From Myxococcota bacterium (lineage in GTDB: Bacteria > Myxococcota_A > UBA796 > GCA-2862545), in NCBI GenBank assembly GCA_039208735.1, contig JBCCQY010000030.1:1-64000 (forward strand): a DNA stretch of 64,000 bases, written 5' to 3'. The translations under genes were made by a program, and so were the position numbers. Under the pieces are notes generated by a model. The model made no database searches, had not been told where the DNA came from, and saw only the letters and a list, made by a program, of their open reading frames with translations. Shown one piece after another: positions 58,078 through 64,000 of the stretch. The number at the start of each line of letters is the position of its first letter. Position 1 is the first letter of the stretch.

Positions 58078-59093
58078 CGGGACCGAGGCTTGCCGTCGCG
58101 GATGTTCGACTGGTCGCGCAGTCGCAACAACGCTTCGCGTTCGATCTGACGCACCCGTTCCCGCGAGAGGCTCATCTCTTTGCCGACTTCGGACAACGTG
58201 CGGAACTCGCCATCATCGAGGCCGTAGCGCCGGGTCAGGACGAACCGATGTCGTTCCGAAAGCACGACATCAAACGCCTGGTGCATGCGCTTGAGTTCCT
58301 GCGTCATGATGGCGTCGTCGTCGGGCGAGGTGGCGTCTTCATCGGAGAGGAACCGTTCGAGGGGTCGCGGACGCGGCCCGTCGTCGACCGGCTGCTCGAG
58401 CGAAATGGTGGTGCCTTGCGAAAGCAATAGTTCGGCGCGTTCTTTGTCGATGCCGACTTCGTTGGCGAGGTCGGAAACCCCGTAGGCCACACCGGCCGCA
58501 TCGAAGCGCTTCATGGCTTTGCGCAAATTGCGCGTCTGCTCGACGGCACACCCCGGCAGCCGTACCGGGCGACCGGTATGGTCGATCGCACGGGTCATCT
58601 GGGCCCGCACCCACCACCGAGCGTACGTCGAGAATCGGATGCCGCGGTCCGGGTCGAAGCGCTTGGCCGCGCGAAGCAACCCGATGTAGCCCTCTTGCAC
58701 GAGGTCCTCTTCGTCCATGAAGGGTCCCGCAAGCTTGCGAGCTTCTCCATGGGCGATGCGTCGACCGGACATCGCCAGACGCCACCGCAGCGACTCTGCT
58801 TCGTTCCACGCCCCCTTTGCGGCTCGGGCCTGCGCCTTGTGCTCAGGGTCACTCTTTCCGACCTTCCAAAACAGCTCGACGGCTGCTTCCAGGCGGTCGA
58901 CCGAGCCCGCACGAGTGCGCTCAGCCCGTTCGGGGGACTGCATCATCACCGCGACCGCCTCGTCGTGGCCCTGCAACGCGTCGCGCGCACGAGCCTCCGC
59001 CGAATGGATGTCGCGGGCAATCTCGATTTCCTCCTCGGCCGTCAGACGCTCCGAGCGCCGGGCCAAGCGAGCCAGCGAGAAGGGATTGGCCAT
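58074..59093 (-). CDS. Sigma-70 family sigma factor (alternative, no region 1.1)
   Basis: LTAEEE, DLVQEGYIGLLRAAKRFDP, RFSTYARWW, TLSEVG...SRERVRQIE. Confidence 0.93.
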   Translation of the reverse strand: MANPFSLARLARRSERLTAEEEIEIARDIHSAEARARDALQGHDEAVAVMMQSPERAERTRAGSVDRLEAAVELFWKVGKSDPEHKAQARAAKGAWNEAESLRWRLAMSGRRIAHGEARKLAGPFMDEEDLVQEGYIGLLRAAKRFDPDRGIRFSTYARWWVRAQMTRAIDHTGRPVRLPGCAVEQTRNLRKAMKRFDAAGVAYGVSDLANEVGIDKERAELLLSQGTTISLEQPVDDGPRPRPLERFLSDEDATSPDDDAIMTQELKRMHQAFDVVLSERHRFVLTRRYGLDDGEFRTLSEVGKEMSLSRERVRQIEREALLRLRDQSNIRDGKPRSR

Positions 59094-59344
59094 GGGGTCC
59101 GTCCCGCGTCCCAAGGACGCCAGAGTTGGGGGTGAAGGGAGTAGGTTGCGGAACCTTGGGGACCTGCGGGGCCGCGGGATTCGCCGTCAGAGTCCGTCGT
59201 CCTACCCCTGGGTAGACAAAATGGTGTAGTCGGGTCTCGCCACACCAGCAAGTCGGCTCGCGTCCGCGCGATAGGCGGACCGTTGTGGCGGTGCCCGCTG
59301 AACCCGACGGGCTACGCTGCCGATTCTCCTGAAGAGGAGCTGCC

Positions 59345-60049
59345 ATGCAACGGTCCGTCGGAACCTCATCGAGGTTCATCGTTCTTCCAAGGGTCATTGT
59401 GACCGAGGCCGTGGCAACGGTACGCCTCGGCTTGTGGCCGCTTGGATGGCTCCGGCCGCTGCCCGCGCCTCCTCGTCCTGAAACCGGTCGCCCCATCGTG
59501 CTCGTCCATGGTTTTCTCGGGCACCCCGAGATGTGGCGGACGCTGACCCGTCGCCTGTACGAGAACCATCTCGGCCCGGTTCACGCCGTCGGATACCCCA
59601 GCACGCGATTTGCCATCGATGAGATTGCGCGCCGCATCCATCGGGCGGTGGTTCCCTTGGCGGCGCAAGGCCCCATCGACGTCGTCGGGCACTCTCTTGG
59701 TGCAGTGGCCACCCGGGCGTGGCTCAAGCGTTTTGGGGGAGCCTCGTACGTGCGGCGCTTCATCTCGCTCGGCGGGCCGCATGCCGGCACCGACTTCTAC
59801 CGCTTCGCTCCGTCGGTGCTGTGGCCCGTCCTCAATCCCGAGGGCTACTGGCCCAAGCTGCTCGCGCAGGACCCTGAGCCTGTTGAGACGGTGGTCATTC
59901 GCTCACGGTACGACCAACACGTCGTGCCCCCCGTGCGAGCCGCCCTCCCCGGCATCGAGGAAATCGTGCTGTCTGGCGGAGGCCACAACGGACTGCTGTG
60001 GTCGCGGGAGTCTTGCGACGCGGTCATTGAGGTGTTGAAGCGGGACTGA
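59345..60049 (+). CDS. Alpha/beta hydrolase (lipase-like)
   Basis: VLVHGF, VGHSLG, GGPHAGT, D and H triad candidates. Confidence 0.9.
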   Translation: MQRSVGTSSRFIVLPRVIVTEAVATVRLGLWPLGWLRPLPAPPRPETGRPIVLVHGFLGHPEMWRTLTRRLYENHLGPVHAVGYPSTRFAIDEIARRIHRAVVPLAAQGPIDVVGHSLGAVATRAWLKRFGGASYVRRFISLGGPHAGTDFYRFAPSVLWPVLNPEGYWPKLLAQDPEPVETVVIRSRYDQHVVPPVRAALPGIEEIVLSGGGHNGLLWSRESCDAVIEVLKRD

Positions 60050-61553
60050 CCTCGTCGTCCAGGTCCTCGGGCCCGAGCCGTTCGACCACGAACACCCGGC
60101 CCTCGTCGGTCTTCTGGATGCCCCACGCCAGGAAGGCTTCGTCGGTCCAAGGCTCGATGGAAGTACTGCGAACCCGCCTGACCTTCTCGCCCTCCTCATC
60201 GACCCGGCGTTGCGACTTGCGGTCGTCGACCACGGTGCCTGCGTCGAACACTCGCGTAAAGAGCTTGCGCCGGCTCGCGTAGATCATGGTGATGCGGTCC
60301 CCGTCAACCGTGACCCGTACATGCGGCTTGATCGCATAGGACTGCACGTTGCCAATGGACAGCGACGCATCCCACACCAGCTCCCCTTGGGGACTGAACG
60401 CCACCGCCACGGCGTGCGTAAAGCGAAAGCCCCGGAACTCCGTGATGGTCGTGGTCGTCGTCACCGTGCGACCGTTGACCATCTGCGTCGTCGTTTGGGT
60501 ACGGGTCTCAAACACCGGGTAGTACGCTTCGCCCACCACGATGACGTTTCCCGTCGCCTCGTCCTGCACCGCCTGATGAACATCGAACCGAACGTCCAGA
60601 TCGATGTCGTCGCCCTTCCGCTTCTTCTTTTCAAGGCGTTCGGCGATGCGGCGCTGTCGACGCTCACTTAGATGGTCGAAAAAGTGGTTCATCTCTGTGA
60701 AGCTGTGGGTTTCCGTGCGCCGGATGTTCCCCTTGGTGTCGAGATGCGCCATGTAGAGGCCTTGGGCGCGAGACCCCTTGACCTCATCCGCGTACGACCC
60801 CACCACGATGCTTTCACCGTTCTCAAAGCCCTGGCGCTGGATGCTCAACGGGTTGATGGGCGTTTCAAAGTCGCGCGCTTGCAGCGTGAGGCGCTTGGAC
60901 AACTCCCCTCGTTTGGCCGTCATCAGGTGCTGAACGCGAAGCCGCTTCTTCACCGACCACGCCGAAAGCTCGATCGCTCCTTCGTCGGTGGTCGCCAACC
61001 GTTCGTAGAACGACTTCTTCGGCAACCCCGAGGAGACGGTCTTGGCTCGCCCCCCGTCAAGGTCGAAGGACGTGATAACGCCCTGCGTCCCTCCCAATGC
61101 GGTACGCCGGCCTGAGATGAGCCACCCTTCGTTGTCGGCAACTTCGAAGCCGAGGATTTGGCGGCTCTTTCGGGCCACTTCGATCCGCTCGACCGGACGC
61201 TCGGACCCGGCTCGGGGAATCCCCACCAGCGCCGTCGTGCCCCGGCGGGCGTAGACGAGCCACGCGTGGTCGTCGGTCACCGCATGGTCGAGGGGTCGCC
61301 CCGGTCCCGCCTCGGGCAGCGTGCGAGACCAGCGCAACCCAAAGTCCTGGTCAAACGAGGCTACGGCGGGACCCTCCTCGCCCTCCCCAAGCAGCAGCCA
61401 ACCGTCGTCCAGGGGCACCACCTCCCAGACTTCGTTCTTGGCGGCGGGGAGGCTCAAACGCTGCTGAGAAGCGATCATCGACGCCGTTTCGGGGTCGGCC
61501 ACCGGCAACGGATGGGCCAACGCCTCGATCGCAAACAGGGCCATTGCCAGCAT
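60024..61553 (-). CDS. Secreted beta-rich hypothetical protein
   Basis: GGAGG plus ATG 61553, signal peptide; propeller-like strands; GEAYYP, FTHAVAVAF...LVWD. Confidence 0.78.
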   Translation of the reverse strand: MLAMALFAIEALAHPLPVADPETASMIASQQRLSLPAAKNEVWEVVPLDDGWLLLGEGEEGPAVASFDQDFGLRWSRTLPEAGPGRPLDHAVTDDHAWLVYARRGTTALVGIPRAGSERPVERIEVARKSRQILGFEVADNEGWLISGRRTALGGTQGVITSFDLDGGRAKTVSSGLPKKSFYERLATTDEGAIELSAWSVKKRLRVQHLMTAKRGELSKRLTLQARDFETPINPLSIQRQGFENGESIVVGSYADEVKGSRAQGLYMAHLDTKGNIRRTETHSFTEMNHFFDHLSERRQRRIAERLEKKKRKGDDIDLDVRFDVHQAVQDEATGNVIVVGEAYYPVFETRTQTTTQMVNGRTVTTTTTITEFRGFRFTHAVAVAFSPQGELVWDASLSIGNVQSYAIKPHVRVTVDGDRITMIYASRRKLFTRVFDAGTVVDDRKSQRRVDEEGEKVRRVRSTSIEPWTDEAFLAWGIQKTDEGRVFVVERLGPEDLDDEVSPASTPQ

Positions 61554-61590
61554 GGTTAGTCCTCCAGGCAAGCCATTTACCGAGTCTGCC

Positions 61591-62583
61591 TCACCCGCGC
61601 TTCGTTGAGCCGTGCTGGATGCAGGCTTTTGCAATCGCCCCTGCGAATCGGTCCATGGCTGCGCGGTAGGGCGTGTCGGGCAGTGCCTTCAAGGACTGGC
61701 GCGCGAGCCATGATTCCCGCAACAGGGCTTCGCGCGATGCGGCCAGCCCACCCTTGCTGACGGCCAACGCGACCCGCTCCGCACCGTCGAGGGTGGGGCG
61801 ACGGGCCAACTCGCGCCATTCGTCGGCAATGCCCTCGGTCTGACCAATGGCCGAGATGAGCGGCAACGCGGGCCGACCCGAGGCCGCCCTCGACAACACG
61901 TGTTGGGCCGCGTGGCCTTGGTCGAAGGCGCAGATGTCTTCGGCGATGTGCCATTGCCGACCCAGGTGGCGGCCGTATCGGCCCAACGCCACGACCTGAC
62001 GGAGCCGGGCGCGCCCAAGGTGGCCTCCGACACGGCAGCAGAACGCAAACAACGCACCGGTGTGGGCGTCGGCGTGGTCGAGCCAGTCGGCGACCTGTGG
62101 CCGCTTGCCCACGAGGTCGCGAGAAAGGGCTTGCGCATCGGCGAAGGACCGCAAGGTGTCGACCAGTTCTTCAAGTACGCCAGGATGGTCGGTCGTTCGG
62201 GACAATTCCAACGCGCGCAATGTGAGGTGGTTGCCCGCGAGCCACCCCACGGACTGGCTCACCAACCGTCGAGCCATCCGTCGGCGGCGACCGCCCTCGC
62301 GGCCCAAGGCGAGATCGTGAACCCGGAGGGCCAGGTGGAGCATTTCGGCTGCGTGTTGCGCTTCTTGGTTGACGGCGTGGGCGCCGGTTGCGCGCGCGGC
62401 GAGCGCCACGAGGATGGGTCGAATGCGAGGAATCTCGGTGCGTCCGACTTCGATGTCGGGACCCGCTACCGAGGCCACCGCGTCGTCTCCGACGAGGTCG
62501 TCGGCCACGAGATTTCGCATGCCAGCGAGCTCAGAGCCTGCGGGCATCCACTCGAGCCAACCGTCGGGTGCTAATCGCCCCAT
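61591..62583 (-). CDS. Polyprenyl synthetase family homolog with degenerate active-site motifs
   Basis: RIRPIL, AEMLHLALRVHD, HTGALF, YGRHLGRQWHIAED, GRPALPLI keep the order and spacing of trans-prenyltransferase motifs. Confidence 0.8.
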   Translation of the reverse strand: MGRLAPDGWLEWMPAGSELAGMRNLVADDLVGDDAVASVAGPDIEVGRTEIPRIRPILVALAARATGAHAVNQEAQHAAEMLHLALRVHDLALGREGGRRRRMARRLVSQSVGWLAGNHLTLRALELSRTTDHPGVLEELVDTLRSFADAQALSRDLVGKRPQVADWLDHADAHTGALFAFCCRVGGHLGRARLRQVVALGRYGRHLGRQWHIAEDICAFDQGHAAQHVLSRAASGRPALPLISAIGQTEGIADEWRELARRPTLDGAERVALAVSKGGLAASREALLRESWLARQSLKALPDTPYRAAMDRFAGAIAKACIQHGSTKRG

Positions 62584-62630
62584 CCGAGCGGCCTCCCAGG
62601 CGCAGCTTTACGCCCAGACGACTCCGTAGC

Positions 62631-62645
62631 GCGGCTCGCATGCCA
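62631..62645 (-). promoter_or_regulatory. Candidate sigma-54 promoter upstream of the prenyltransferase-like gene
   Basis: Minus strand TGGCATG-CGAG-CCGC has correct -24 GG / -12 GC spacing but lacks the TT before GC. Confidence 0.3.
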
Positions 62646-62827
62646 CGGCATCGCATGAAACCGTGAAGACGCGATCCCTGCACAATCTCGCCTCATCATC
62701 GACCGCCCCGCGCCCCGCTTTGCGGCACGTCTGCATCGGTTCGCTGCGTCGTCCCCCGACTCATCGCCAATAAGACCCGAGGACAAGAGGATGGCCCTTC
62801 CTGGAGTTGGGCCACGCAGGAGACGGC

Positions 62828-63112
62828 ATGAGCAGCCCCCAGACGCCCAAGTCCGAGACTTCCCAGCAGCTCTTCTGGCTACTGCTGATTCCGGCCGGCC
62901 TGTTGCTTGGGTTCGGCATCATCATTTTGCCGTGGTCGTTCGGCTGGGAAGGCGGCTGTCTCAACTGTGACTTCGAAGGCATCGGCTACTCGGCCCTCGA
63001 CAACCTTGGGCCCCTGCCCGCCTTCAACCTCGCCCCAGGCCTCATCACGCTCGGCGTGCTGCTGCTCGTCATTTTGAACTCGCAGGCTTGGAAGTACACC
63101 GACGGCTATTGA
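62828..63112 (+). CDS. Small membrane protein (2 TM, CxxC in loop)
   Basis: AGGAG plus ATG 62828; TM, GGCLNCD loop, TM. Confidence 0.7.
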   Translation: MSSPQTPKSETSQQLFWLLLIPAGLLLGFGIIILPWSFGWEGGCLNCDFEGIGYSALDNLGPLPAFNLAPGLITLGVLLLVILNSQAWKYTDGY

Positions 63113-63144
63113 GGTCGAGCGGGATTCCGCTCACCTGATGTGGG

Positions 63145-63999
63145 TCACGGCTCCGTTTCGGCCCGTCGCGAAATCCGTCCGATGCGGCGCGTGCGCAATC
63201 GAAGGGAAATGCCTGCGAGTCCTGTCATTTCGAACAGCGTTCGCCACTGTTCAAAGTCGATGCGGGCCCAATGGGGATGAACGCGAAACCCGAGGTCGAT
63301 GCCAAATGCTGGCCCGACCGACAGCTGTGCACCCACATGGCCAAACGCTCCCGGCACCCATTGCGCAGCGGAGAACACGACGGGGTCGATGTCGTCCTGT
63401 TCGAGATCGAGCGCCTCAACGAGCTGCGTGATGCGGCTCACGGTAGGTCCAACCCCCGCGTACAGGTCGACTCGCCCAACGTTGCGCTCCGCATACAGGC
63501 CCGTGCCGAACGTGAGATGCGTCGTTTGCAGGCTTCGGGTGAAGTCCCACACCGATCCCAATCCACCGCCGCCAAAGGCGCCAAGGTTGAGGCGGGGGGA
63601 AATGCGAATGCGCAGGTCGATCTCTCCGCCGTAGGTCGCAGGCGTCCCACTCAAGCGAGAGGTCGACCCAAACCCTTTGACGGTGAGCCGGATCGGCCGG
63701 GGTTGCCAACCGCCACGAGCCAGCGGATCGCCAAGAGGCACCGAGGACATCTGTGTTTCGTCGACCAGTCGGTCCCCACCCCACGCCAAATCGAGTTCCG
63801 CGAGCAAGACGTCTTCTCGACGCACTTTGCGCACCACATACCGGCCCGGAGGCAAGGCAATGCGCTGTGGCTCGCCCGGACGCTTCTGGACCCGCGCCAC
63901 GACCTGACCTGACGACACACTCACCACCGTGTAGGTGCCCTCCAACTCTTCAGGAAGGCTAAGCCCGGCGGCCCGGCCCGGAACGCGAGTGAGTACGAC
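63145..63999 (-). CDS. C-terminal part of a protein with outer-membrane-barrel-like strands (possibly caspase-family fusion; 5' end outside window)
   Basis: Frame open to the window edge; VVLTR...LSLP...RIALPPGRYVVR followed by amphipathic strands. The caspase link is from recollection of myxobacterial architectures only. Confidence 0.65.
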   Translation of the reverse strand, partial: VVLTRVPGRAAGLSLPEELEGTYTVVSVSSGQVVARVQKRPGEPQRIALPPGRYVVRKVRREDVLLAELDLAWGGDRLVDETQMSSVPLGDPLARGGWQPRPIRLTVKGFGSTSRLSGTPATYGGEIDLRIRISPRLNLGAFGGGGLGSVWDFTRSLQTTHLTFGTGLYAERNVGRVDLYAGVGPTVSRITQLVEALDLEQDDIDPVVFSAAQWVPGAFGHVGAQLSVGPAFGIDLGFRVHPHWARIDFEQWRTLFEMTGLAGISLRLRTRRIGRISRRAETEP

Positions 64000-64000
64000 C

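Noticed and set aside
59094..59344. Small hairpins between the sigma factor and lipase genes
   Set aside because: Stems are 5-6 bp, within expectation for GC-rich DNA.

Overview
High-GC (roughly two-thirds by eye), gene-dense bacterial chromosome segment. Gene content (Agl-Glt-like motor cluster, sigma-54 activator, ECF-Ser/Thr kinase pair, many Cys-rich lipoproteins) points to a Myxococcota-type organism; this assignment is inference. About 67 CDS and one tRNA-Phe(GAA) are supported. No mobile element, CRISPR array or rRNA was seen. The centrepiece is a ~19 kb minus-strand run: dacB, a conserved secreted protein, three TPR proteins (GltC/D/E-like), GltF-like, AglR/Q/S-like proton motor, GltG-like TonB protein, a secreted helical protein, an outer-membrane beta-barrel, a degenerate ftsK, lolA and rimO. 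Oddities worth follow-up: the first TolR-like subunit has Asn at the protonatable Asp position; two highly structured spacers lie inside the cluster; the syntenic FtsK has lost its Walker motifs and gamma domain; a polyprenyl synthase homolog lacks both DDxxD motifs; the kinase-linked ECF sigma lacks the usual phospho-Thr; one lipoprotein gene is frameshifted in a G5 run; and many exported proteins have very short, often uncharged signal peptides. All family calls come from motif recognition by eye, with no database searches.
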